Positions 27,030 to 35,764 of a stretch of 43,590 bases of DNA are shown one piece after another; positions within the stretch are counted from its first letter, which is position 1; each line of letters opens with the position of its first letter. The notes under the pieces were generated by a model. The model was not told the origin of the DNA. It made no database searches and saw only the letters and a program-made list of their open reading frames with translations. A program made the position numbers and the translations under genes. Source of the stretch: an uncultured Coriobacteriaceae bacterium (lineage in GTDB: Bacteria; Actinomycetota; Coriobacteriia; Coriobacteriales; CADBOM01). The DNA is taken from positions 1 to 43,590 of the forward strand of contig CADBOM010000195.1 of the NCBI GenBank assembly GCA_902796325.1. Reading direction: 5' to 3'.

Positions 27030-27321
27030 CACGCAATAGCGCCACTGCTTGCCGCTGCGCTATGCGGCCCTCTGTTCCATGCAGCATGCGATTGCTCACG
27101 GGGTAATGCCATCTAGCGCACAGGGTTACGCATAATTTGAACGTGTTATATTTACATGAGGAAAAAAGCCGGGATGGCAGGGCATCTGCAATTGCACCAG
27201 ATTCCCGTGCTAGACGAGACCTGCTGCTGTATGAGCTTCGAGCACTTTGCTTGAGCTCCATCGTTGGCAACTCCATCGCTGGCTGCAGGTATTTGCAAAA
27301 ACGAGAAAACGAGGAGAAGAC

Positions 27322-28083
27322 ATGGTAATTCCCAACGACTACGATGCATTGGACCTTCTGGAACTCGAGGATTCGCCGATTGGCGTTAAGTACAGCTTCT
27401 TCAAGCCAAAGGACATCGAGCATTTTGACAACGCTGACGAAAAATCGCTGTGCGAGATTTTCCGCACCGCGCAGGTAGAGGACAGGGCTTTCTACATCTC
27501 CCATGAAGATAAGCAGGGTTGTGTGGGAAAGATCTTCCTTGGCATGGAACCCATGACTCCGTTTGCCGAGAGCGGTCAGATTGGCGAGAGGCTCGGCGTG
27601 TTCGATGATGCCCGCAACAACGCCAAGCTATATCCTCAGATTTCGACCTTCAAAGAGGGGGATGTGAATTTCGTCTCGTTTGCCCCGGTTAAGAAGATGA
27701 ACTTCGAGCCCGACGTGCTGGTGATAAGCACTACTCCCGACAAGGGCGAGATCATCATGCGCGCCGCAACCCGCTCCACCGGAATGGCCTATAAGTCGGT
27801 GTGCACTCCGGTTATGGGATGCACCTGGTTTCTCATCTACCCATATCTCGAGGATCAGGTGAACTTCATCCTGCCGCAGCTCGTGCATGGGCTGCATGGT
27901 CGCGAGGTGTACCCGGATCCCTCCACTATGCTCATAAGCATTCCGTACAAGTGGATTCCGACGGTTCTCAACAACCTGCGCAATATGCCGCTCGAGCTTG
28001 AGGGTCATAAGAGCCGCGAGGCGTATTTTGCGGAATTCAACGGGATAATGGCAGACCTTGCGGAAGAGATGAAGCAGATTTAG
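27322..28083 (+). CDS. DUF169-like protein
   Basis: LELEDSPIGVKY, SLCE, GCVGKIFLG, FEPDVLVI, conserved-looking Cys, MLISIPY. Start at ATG 27322 after GAGGAG rather than 27247. Confidence 0.7.
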   Translation: MVIPNDYDALDLLELEDSPIGVKYSFFKPKDIEHFDNADEKSLCEIFRTAQVEDRAFYISHEDKQGCVGKIFLGMEPMTPFAESGQIGERLGVFDDARNNAKLYPQISTFKEGDVNFVSFAPVKKMNFEPDVLVISTTPDKGEIIMRAATRSTGMAYKSVCTPVMGCTWFLIYPYLEDQVNFILPQLVHGLHGREVYPDPSTMLISIPYKWIPTVLNNLRNMPLELEGHKSREAYFAEFNGIMADLAEEMKQI

Positions 28084-28459
28084 CGGGCGCATCGACGCAT
28101 TGGTACATCGGTGCAACGAAAAGGCTGGCTTGCACAATGCATCAGACGGACGAGCTGCGTGGCGTGGGCAGCTCAGATGCTATAGTTATTTGCCGGAAGA
28201 TGTTCATGATGTAGCGACGCTAGCATCCGGAATCATTGACGCTGACAAGCTCTATGATCGGCAGAATCGGAGTGATCATCATTTCCGGTTCTGCTGATTA
28301 TTGCAGCTAGGATGGAATCGCGGCTGGGACAGCGCAGCTGCAGCGGTCGTGATTGCAGCTATGACAGGATTGCTGCTGGCATAGTTCAGATGCAGCAGCC
28401 GTGATTTCGGCTGGGGATTGTGCTGGAGCCGTCGCTAGGAAACGCAAGGTGGGACGGGC

Positions 28460-29737
28460 ATGGCCAACCAGGCACTCGAGAATGCATTGGGCGAATACGA
28501 GAAGGTAGAGCAAAGCTATGTGGAGCGCCTGGAGGAGCGAGGGATAAAGTTTGCTCCAAGGGGCGAGGGCCAGGAACGTGTTGACGAGCTGCGCAAACAG
28601 CTCAAGTCTCGCGGTGCCGAGTTTAGAAATGCCGGGGCATCCATAAGGTACGGATGGCTTTCGCAGGCTTGCGTGGACTGCACGGGAAGCGAAGGGTCAG
28701 AGACCTTCGCCACTACTTTCAAATGCCATAGAGACTGCTTCTTCTGCTTCAACCATAACCAACCCGACTACGACACCTTTGTTGCAGATGACTGCCCGTG
28801 GGAGCAGGTCCTTGCCGATTCCGTGCGCGTCAACCATGGGAAGATCTCGTCCGTGGGGCTAACCGGCGGCGAGCCGCTGCTAGATGTAGACGAGAGCATC
28901 AGATTCCTCGATCGTGTGGCCGAGGTTTTTCCCGGCGCACACACTCGCATGTACACCACCGGCGATCAGCTGACCCCCGAAGTTGCGCAGCGTTTGGCCG
29001 ATGCTGGACTTCACGAGATTCGCTTCAGCATAAAGCAGGAAGACAACAGCGGCGCGCTCGACCGCACGCTGCAGAACATGAGGATAGCCAAGGATTACAT
29101 CCCCGATGTGATGGTTGAGATGCCGGTGATTCCCGGCACCCGCGACTTCATGGAGAGAGTGTTCGGAGAGCTAGATTCAATCGGAATTAGCGGCATTAAC
29201 CTCTTGGAGTTCTGCTTCCCATTCTGCAATTGGGAGGAATTCGACAAGCGCGGGTTTGTGATGAAGAACCCTCCGTTCGACATCATGTACGACTACGACT
29301 ACTCCGGCGGCCTCGCCGTGGCTGGGAGCGAGGAGCTCTGCCTCGAGCTCATGCTGTACGGGATTGAACAGGGAGTGTCGTTTGGCATGCATTATTGCTC
29401 GCTGGACAACAAGCACAGGAGCCAGATGCGGCAGCAGAACGAGCCTGGCGCGAAGATGAACCGCTGCTTTGAGTTTGATAAGGGCGATTTCTTCCTCAAG
29501 ACCGCAAAGGTGTTTGGAGAAGATCGCGAGCGTGCAATGAAGGTGCTGCAACGAGCCGGATGCCATGATTTCATTCAAAATGATTCAGAGCAATCGGTAT
29601 CGTTCAACCCTCGATATCTGCGCAAACTTCGCAGCGTCAAGGCTGATCCGGCAATGAGCTTCAATGTGCTGGAGCACGATGCCGGCGGGCGTTATCTGCG
29701 CGAGGTTGGGATGAAGCCATTGGAGCAGGCTAAATGA
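28460..29737 (+). CDS. Radical SAM protein (COG2108-like, uncharacterised)
   Basis: CHRDCFFC (CxxxCxxC), extra N-terminal CVDC, LTGGEPLL, LHEIRFS, VEMPVIPG, INLLEF, HYCS. Confidence 0.9.
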   Translation: MANQALENALGEYEKVEQSYVERLEERGIKFAPRGEGQERVDELRKQLKSRGAEFRNAGASIRYGWLSQACVDCTGSEGSETFATTFKCHRDCFFCFNHNQPDYDTFVADDCPWEQVLADSVRVNHGKISSVGLTGGEPLLDVDESIRFLDRVAEVFPGAHTRMYTTGDQLTPEVAQRLADAGLHEIRFSIKQEDNSGALDRTLQNMRIAKDYIPDVMVEMPVIPGTRDFMERVFGELDSIGISGINLLEFCFPFCNWEEFDKRGFVMKNPPFDIMYDYDYSGGLAVAGSEELCLELMLYGIEQGVSFGMHYCSLDNKHRSQMRQQNEPGAKMNRCFEFDKGDFFLKTAKVFGEDRERAMKVLQRAGCHDFIQNDSEQSVSFNPRYLRKLRSVKADPAMSFNVLEHDAGGRYLREVGMKPLEQAK

Positions 29738-30429
29738 AGCGAAGCGAGGCATTGGAGCTGCTGGGGTTAACCGGGAACCCCTCCGATGGGGAGATAACCA
29801 GTGCCTGGCGCAGCACCATCCGCAAGGTTCATCCCGATCTGTTTCCAGACGATCCCGACAAGAGGGAGTGGGCCAGCAAACAGGCCGCACGCGTGAACGA
29901 GGCCCACGACGTTCTGCTGTCTGGCCATTGGGAGCCAGAAAGCGCGGGCACCGGTTCTGCGGGATCTTCCTCGAATGGCTCCTACGCTGGTGCTTATAGA
30001 GACACCACAACGGTGTCTTCCGGAGCGTACGGGACTTACAACACTTGGGATGGCTCGGGCGCGGGCAGCTACTACAGCGCCAGCGCTTCTGCCGTTCCGG
30101 ATACCAGGAGCCGCAAGTTCCACATTGCCGGCATCGTTTTGCGTGCGGGAATTGCGTTTGCACTTTGCTGTGTTTACGCGATATTCGGCAACCTCGAATT
30201 CTTGACGCTCGATTTCGTGCTGGATTTCATGGCAGTTGGTGGCATCGTGTGGACTATCAACTGGTTGTGCGTTCGATCGCCTGAACGCGGCATTGCCGGT
30301 GTGATTTTCTCGGTGATACTGGTTCTGCTATCTCAGATGCAGTTTTTAACTGGGATATTCAGGGTTGTCTTCGCCATGGTTGCCGTGGTGGCCACGGTTT
30401 ACGATATCAGGCGATATGTGATTGACTAG
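29734..30429 (+). CDS. J-domain (DnaJ class C) membrane protein
   Basis: EALELLGL...KVHPD...VNEAHDVL J-domain, G/S/Y-rich linker, about 4 C-terminal hydrophobic helices; ATGA overlap with the radical SAM gene. Confidence 0.85.
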   Translation: MKRSEALELLGLTGNPSDGEITSAWRSTIRKVHPDLFPDDPDKREWASKQAARVNEAHDVLLSGHWEPESAGTGSAGSSSNGSYAGAYRDTTTVSSGAYGTYNTWDGSGAGSYYSASASAVPDTRSRKFHIAGIVLRAGIAFALCCVYAIFGNLEFLTLDFVLDFMAVGGIVWTINWLCVRSPERGIAGVIFSVILVLLSQMQFLTGIFRVVFAMVAVVATVYDIRRYVID

Positions 30430-30457
30430 AAAATTCCAGAAGGGACAGTGCGCAAAC

Positions 30458-31402
30458 ATGGTTACTAGAAAAAGGATGGATAGGCGCTGGTCGCAGCTTA
30501 CGGCTGCAGATGTGCAGTCTATTGCCGACGCTGCAACTGTGGAGCAGTACAGCAAGAGCGTGTTTGGCAGACAGTTTTCTCCGGAGTTCACGGACGCTCT
30601 CGTGGGCAGGCCGTTGCTGATCAAGCTCGATGACGGCAGAACCTACGAGTACACGTTCAGAAGCTTGCACGAGCTTGCATGGAAACGCACTGACGAAGCG
30701 GCGTTCAGCGCCGATGGCGATGCGGCAACTCTCACAGACGATCGAAATGCCTGGGCAAAGCAGGGCGGTCCAGAGCGCTTGTCCGATACCGACGAGCATG
30801 TGGAATATTACGAGGCCCTTCCAACTCCGGGTGCAGAGAATCTGATTTTCTTGCAGCATTACGTCAAGGGGTCAGTGCCTCCGACAGCCCATATGCTGGT
30901 CATAGACACTGATAGCGGCCTGGTTACCTTCTGCATTAGCAGGATTGGCGTTCCGGCATCGGCTATCGAGGTTTCCAGGGAGTTCGGGTTTGGAATTCTC
31001 GATGGCTATGACGATACCGGAACGCGCCATGGCTTTACCGAGGAACTGGTTGGCAATGCGATCTACTGGACCTACAGCGATGCCGATGCCGTGAAGGTGA
31101 AGCACATCTACACAGCTCCTCTCTATTACACATACTCTATGGCTGTTCCCGATGGACGTTGCTGGGTGGCATCCAATCCGGCCGACTATGTGAAGCTGTC
31201 AGACGGCATTTACCTGTTCGCTTTTACCGAGGAACGACAAGCTGGTTACCAGGGAATGTTCGTTATCAACTTGCCGCTTTTGCACGACGTTGCCTCGTTC
31301 TTCGGTGTCAATGCCCAGGGGATGTTCCTCAGCACCACAGGTGCCAGAGGAGAGCTCTCGGATGCCTATTCGTGGGATATGTGCGACACGAGGGATTGCT
31401 AG
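30458..31402 (+). CDS. MoaF-like two-domain beta-barrel protein
   Basis: Two related LVG-starting halves (LVGRPLLIKLDDG; RHGFTEELVGNAIYWTYS...HIY...DYVKLSDGIYLFAFTEE), resembling MoaF N/C domains. Start uncertain (30458 or 30476). Confidence 0.65.
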   Translation: MVTRKRMDRRWSQLTAADVQSIADAATVEQYSKSVFGRQFSPEFTDALVGRPLLIKLDDGRTYEYTFRSLHELAWKRTDEAAFSADGDAATLTDDRNAWAKQGGPERLSDTDEHVEYYEALPTPGAENLIFLQHYVKGSVPPTAHMLVIDTDSGLVTFCISRIGVPASAIEVSREFGFGILDGYDDTGTRHGFTEELVGNAIYWTYSDADAVKVKHIYTAPLYYTYSMAVPDGRCWVASNPADYVKLSDGIYLFAFTEERQAGYQGMFVINLPLLHDVASFFGVNAQGMFLSTTGARGELSDAYSWDMCDTRDC

Positions 31403-31640
31403 GGCGTTTGCTAAGGCATACGCCGGGGTATCCGCGCGGCTGTCCGCTTGCATCGCCACGATTTTGCTGCTCTCGGGGCGCTCTTGTCCTCGTGCACCGG
31501 CGCAAGCTCTGTAGACAGTACATCGAAGCCGCCAGATTATCTATAAAATTCGTACTTCTTGGCTCCAACCTCCAACTTTCGCGCTATCATGTCTCTGTAA
31601 ACATTAAATGCGCTCAAAAAGTGTAGAGGAGGAGTTAAGT

Positions 31641-32906
31641 ATGCAGGAGAAGTTCGAGAATCTTTTCTACGAGTTCGAGCCGGACAATACCGATTTTGGT
31701 GATTGGTGCCTTAAGCCGCAGATGTTCTTCCATGGAAGCAAGGACATTCCAGAGTCCAATCTGTTCGCTGGGTTCCAGGTGATAACCAAACCGGTGACCA
31801 TGGAGGATGAGCCTATTTTCCACGAGGTGGAGGAGAACCTCTTCTTCCTCGGTGCCACGCTTCCCGACGTGTTCAAGTCGTTCGATGCGGAAATTCAGTT
31901 CTACATGGGTCCCTCGCTCGACAAGATGGAGAAAATCGTCATCACGGAGCCTACGGTTATTCGCGTGGCTCCCGGTTGGTGGCATGGCCCCCTCAAGTTC
32001 GTGCGTGTGGACAAACCAGTGCTGTTCCAAGCGTCGCTGCAGCAGGGTACCCCTGGATCTATCAAGCTAACCCAGCCTCATGAGGGATACGATCCCATCT
32101 ACGTGTATTCGAACCAAGACCCGCATAGATACGATGCGGCTCACATCAAATCCATGAAGTCCGTCCCGTGGACCGTGATAAACGAGGATGGAGTCGAGTG
32201 CTACACGGTAACAGGCGCATACAACTATGTGGAAGCTCCCAGCTCCCTGGATACCGTGATAAGGCCGGGGTACAAGTCCAAGGCATATTCCGATGCCACT
32301 GCGCTTCAGCATCCGAAGCCAACTCTTACGGACGAAACCACCAAGAGGGTTCTGGCCCTTCCTAGGGAAGAGACCAAATGGGGAGATTGGTGCCCGTCTC
32401 CACAGACGTATTTCAGGGGCGACATCTACATGGAAGATGCCTCGTACAACGTGGGCTGGCAGGTGTTCGCCGGCGCAAACGATATGGAGGAGCCGCATTT
32501 CCACCTAGGCGTTGACGAGTACATTTTCTTCGTGGGTGCCAACCCCATGGATATGTTCGACTTCGATGCCGAGATCGACTTCGCGATAGGCGAGGATCCC
32601 GATCACATGGAGCACCGTATGATCACGAAGCCAACCGTTGTGAAGCTCCCGCCAACCACATGGCATTGCCCCATCCTGTTCAGGAAAATGAACAAGCCGC
32701 TGATGTTCCAGTCGGTGTTCCTCGACGGTACTTGGGGAACCATCACAAGGTCGAAGGAAGAGCCGGTGGACAAGGGGTTCTTTGCCAGGACCTACATGTA
32801 CGATTACATGGGAGATAACGTGAGGTTCTGCCGTTTCAACGAGAAGAAGCGCTGCAACATCTGCGGAGCTTGTTTCCCGAGGATGGAAGGGCTTGAGGAC
32901 GAGTAA
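31641..32906 (+). CDS. Hypothetical protein: tandem cupin-like domains plus C-terminal four-Cys motif
   Basis: Internal duplication (GDWCxxPQxxFxG...FDAEIxF...ITxPTV...WHxP...KPxxFQ twice); PHFH..DE...HCP in the second copy; tail CRFNEKKRCNICGAC. Start ATG 31641 after AGGAGGAG. Confidence 0.8.
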   Translation: MQEKFENLFYEFEPDNTDFGDWCLKPQMFFHGSKDIPESNLFAGFQVITKPVTMEDEPIFHEVEENLFFLGATLPDVFKSFDAEIQFYMGPSLDKMEKIVITEPTVIRVAPGWWHGPLKFVRVDKPVLFQASLQQGTPGSIKLTQPHEGYDPIYVYSNQDPHRYDAAHIKSMKSVPWTVINEDGVECYTVTGAYNYVEAPSSLDTVIRPGYKSKAYSDATALQHPKPTLTDETTKRVLALPREETKWGDWCPSPQTYFRGDIYMEDASYNVGWQVFAGANDMEEPHFHLGVDEYIFFVGANPMDMFDFDAEIDFAIGEDPDHMEHRMITKPTVVKLPPTTWHCPILFRKMNKPLMFQSVFLDGTWGTITRSKEEPVDKGFFARTYMYDYMGDNVRFCRFNEKKRCNICGACFPRMEGLEDE

Positions 32907-33037
32907 TAAATTGGCCGCGCGTTAGGGTGTCGATTTGTCGAGCATGCGTGCGGGTGCGCGAGAACGCAAGCCTATCGAGCGGACCAATGTTTGCGAGCTA
33001 ATGCTTGCTGGCTAATGTTCCCGCCGCCATAAAGGCG

Positions 33038-33071
33038 AAAGCGCCTGCCAGATTCGATTCTGGCAGGCGCT
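33038..33071. terminator. Intrinsic terminator between convergent genes
   Basis: AGCGCCTGCCAGA-TTCGAT-TCTGGCAGGCGCT perfect 13-bp stem; short T-run on the minus strand. Confidence 0.8.
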
Positions 33072-33172
33072 CATTGCTTGCAGGCGCTCGTTGTTTGCAA
33101 GTACTCGTTATATGGCTCGCTCTATTGCATTTGGTTTAGCGTGCAGCTTGGCTTAGCGTGCGATTTTGGATT

Positions 33173-34162
33173 CTACTCGCTCTTCTCCGCCTTGATCTTC
33201 TCTATAAGCTCGTGGCCGTACTTTACGGCCTCGTTCGTCATAACGGGGTCGATCATCTTCTTCAGCTTGAAACCCATGAAGCCGTACGAATGTCCGAACT
33301 TACCGTATTCATCAAGGCAACGGTGAACCTCGGCAATCGTAACCTCGTCGCTGGCATCGGTGGCGCCTGGCGCTCCCTGGGTGTCGTAACCTCCCATGAT
33401 GGAGAGCTTGTCGCCATACTTCTCAATAATCCCGGCGATGTCGTTAGAGGGCTGCGCAACTTGCCAGCACACGCTACCCTCCTCGATGATGTCGGGGATT
33501 ATGGCCTCGCATTTCCCGCAAATGTGGATGATGGGCAGCATTCCCAGGCTCTTTGCACATTCGTTCATCTTGATGTGGCCGGGCTTTATGAACTTGCGGT
33601 AGATATCTGGGGACATGAACAGCGATCTTTCGGTGGCCACGTCGTCCAGGTGCACGTAGGTTTCTGGGTGAATGTACTCGGCAACCCGCTCGAGCAGGCG
33701 GCACTTGTAGTCAGCGATGGCATCGCATAGAGCCTTGCTGGCTTCGGGCTCCTCGTAAAATGCGCATAGGGCGTTTTCGAACCCCAGCAGATGGGTGAAC
33801 CTCAGGAACACCGAGTTCCAGGTGTAGTACTCTATCACGCGCCCATTGGGCTTCCAGATGCCGTACTGCTCGTCCGAATACTTCTGCCAGTCTATGGCGT
33901 CGAGGTCGGGGAATTTCACCACATCTTCCCAGTCACATACATCATCGAGCGGGATGTTCGCTGGATCGAGCGCAGGCTGCCCTCCGGCCGACTCCGTTGG
34001 AATCCACCCGTTGCCAAATCCGTCGAGGCCTCCCTCCATTGGTCCATTCTCCCAATACTCGAACTGACCTCCAAAGAGCGTGTTGTCCACTCCGAACACC
34101 GGGATCCAGTCCACGGGCTCGTGGTTCAGAAAGGCCATGTAGTTGTCATGCGCGTCCATCAT
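33173..34162 (-). CDS. UroD/MtaA-CmuA family protein, probable substrate:corrinoid methyltransferase
   Basis: DGFGNGW, LDDVCDWEDVVKFPDLD, LLGFENAL, DDVATERSLFMSPDIYRKFIKP, HICGK, GGYDTQ. Lacks the HemE RQAGR motif. Confidence 0.8.
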   Translation of the reverse strand: MMDAHDNYMAFLNHEPVDWIPVFGVDNTLFGGQFEYWENGPMEGGLDGFGNGWIPTESAGGQPALDPANIPLDDVCDWEDVVKFPDLDAIDWQKYSDEQYGIWKPNGRVIEYYTWNSVFLRFTHLLGFENALCAFYEEPEASKALCDAIADYKCRLLERVAEYIHPETYVHLDDVATERSLFMSPDIYRKFIKPGHIKMNECAKSLGMLPIIHICGKCEAIIPDIIEEGSVCWQVAQPSNDIAGIIEKYGDKLSIMGGYDTQGAPGATDASDEVTIAEVHRCLDEYGKFGHSYGFMGFKLKKMIDPVMTNEAVKYGHELIEKIKAEKSE

Positions 34163-34299
34163 CTTGGGTACCCCTCTCCAAGTTATGCGAATCTATCTAT
34201 ATGTCGGGTTAAGCCAACCTGCCAAAAGCAGACCCCAGAGAATATTTCCTAAAAGCATTTAAAAATAATCGAATTCAATTTACAAGGAGCCCGATGTGC

Positions 34300-34315
34300 T
34301 TGCATGGCCATGCAA
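34300..34315. promoter_or_regulatory. Perfect 16-bp palindrome TTGCATGGCCATGCAA in a divergent promoter region
   Basis: Exact self-complementary sequence between the divergent methyltransferase and ABC genes; operator function is inferred only. Confidence 0.4.
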
Positions 34316-34570
34316 AGGTTTCCAGTGTGTTTTAGAGCTTCGGCTCGAGATGATGGAGAGAATGTGGTGGACTGCGATGTTTATATCCAGGTGATGTAGA
34401 TGTAAACTATCCCGGTATAAATTTTTTAAGTGCGGCCAAACCATCGCATGAGGCAAGTCTAGTGACATTGGTGCCCTGGCTGCACGTGGGGATGCGCTCT
34501 GGTGCTCGTCTCGTCTATCCGCGGGAATGCACTGGAGGGCATACGGGAACATATGGAACAGGAGCAAGGT

Positions 34571-35551
34571 ATGAAGAAGGGAAAGATTGCCGGCAAGATC
34601 GCTGCGATAATTTGCGCGGGTGCGCTGGCCCTCGCGTGCTTTGGATGCTCGAGCTCGAGCACGCCCGAGACGGTGGAGAACCCAATCAACATCGTGGCGC
34701 TGAACGGACCAACTGGCATTGGCATGGCCAACCTCTCGGAATCCACCGGAAAGTACAACGTGCAGTTCGTTAGCCAGCCGGATCAGGTGGTAAGCGCTAT
34801 CAGCAATGGCTCAGTGGATATCGCTGCTGTGCCAACCAACCTGGCAAGCGTTCTCTACAACAAGACTCAGGGTGGCGTGAAGGTCATATCGCTAGACTCC
34901 GAGGGATCTCTCTACATACTCGACACCACGGGCACGGTTTCGAGCATCGCGGACCTCAAGGGCAAGACGATCTATGCTACTGGCCAGGGTGCCAACCCGC
35001 AGTACGTGCTGGAGTACCTGCTCCAGCAGGCTGGCATGACTCCAGGGCAGGATGTGACCATCAACTACCTGGCACAGCATTCCGAGCTGGCTAGCATGGT
35101 TGCTTCCGGCGAGGCGCAGATCGCAATGCTACCGGAGCCTTTCGTGTCCGTAGCGGAGACTCAGAACTCCAACGCCAAGGTTGCCATCAACCTTAACGAC
35201 GCTTGGAAGCAAACAACCGGAAATGACATGGCTCTTGGCTGCGTGATAGTGCGCACCGATTACCTCGAGGCAAACGGCGACATGGTGGATATGTTCCTCA
35301 AGGACCTGAAGACCTCCGTTGATGCTGCCAACAACGATGTGGATGCAACGGCCCAGCTTTGCGTTGACAAGGGCATTTTGCCAAACCTCAATGTGGCAAA
35401 GGCCGCCATTCCGCGTTGCTCCGTGGTCGACATCACGGGAGACGACATGGTGGAGCCCATCAACGCTTTCCTGAACGTTCTGTACAGCTCCAACCCCAAG
35501 GCAGTTGGTGGAACGGTTCCAGCCGAGGATGGCTTCTACTTCAAGGGATAA
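34571..35551 (+). CDS. NitT/TauT-family ABC transporter substrate-binding lipoprotein
   Basis: Basic N-terminus plus lipobox LACFGC; ALNGPTGIGM, DIAAVPTNLASVLYNKT, SIADLKGKTI, AMLPEPFV. Start ATG 34571. Confidence 0.9.
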   Translation: MKKGKIAGKIAAIICAGALALACFGCSSSSTPETVENPINIVALNGPTGIGMANLSESTGKYNVQFVSQPDQVVSAISNGSVDIAAVPTNLASVLYNKTQGGVKVISLDSEGSLYILDTTGTVSSIADLKGKTIYATGQGANPQYVLEYLLQQAGMTPGQDVTINYLAQHSELASMVASGEAQIAMLPEPFVSVAETQNSNAKVAINLNDAWKQTTGNDMALGCVIVRTDYLEANGDMVDMFLKDLKTSVDAANNDVDATAQLCVDKGILPNLNVAKAAIPRCSVVDITGDDMVEPINAFLNVLYSSNPKAVGGTVPAEDGFYFKG

Positions 35552-35575
35552 ATGACGAAGGACCAAAGCTAGTCT

Positions 35576-35693
35576 GCAGCCCCGGTGCCCGAGATTTCGG
35601 CGGCATCGGGGCTGCTTCTATCTGTTGGCTTTATCTGTTTCCTCTGCCTGTTTCCTCTGTCTGTTGTTTTTAACTGGCATTTCTATCTGGCCT
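35576..35693 (+). other. Intercistronic hairpin followed by a pyrimidine-rich, about 13-bp repeat
   Basis: Stem GCAGCCCCGGTGCC / GGCATCGGGGCTGC (35576-35615), then six YTYTRYCTG-type units. Confidence 0.55.
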
Positions 35694-35764
35694 ATTTTGC
35701 CGCATGTAGCCGTGCGGCCGTGCATTGCTGGGATGATGCCAGCCAATAATGTAAACTTTCTCGT

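Noticed and set aside
27120-27180. Resemblance to a ykkC/guanidine-I riboswitch (CAGGGTTACG...AAAAGCCGGGA)
   Set aside because: The conserved CUGGUCCGAG and ACACGG core and the paired stems are missing; the AT-rich middle looks like a promoter.
26242-27504. Several short ORFs between divIVA and the DUF169 gene
   Set aside because: They overlap the terminator, the GC repeat tract and the RNase P RNA gene, which explain the sequence.
33173-34162. Annotation as hemE (heme biosynthesis)
   Set aside because: It lacks the HemE RQAGR signature and has no hem gene neighbours.
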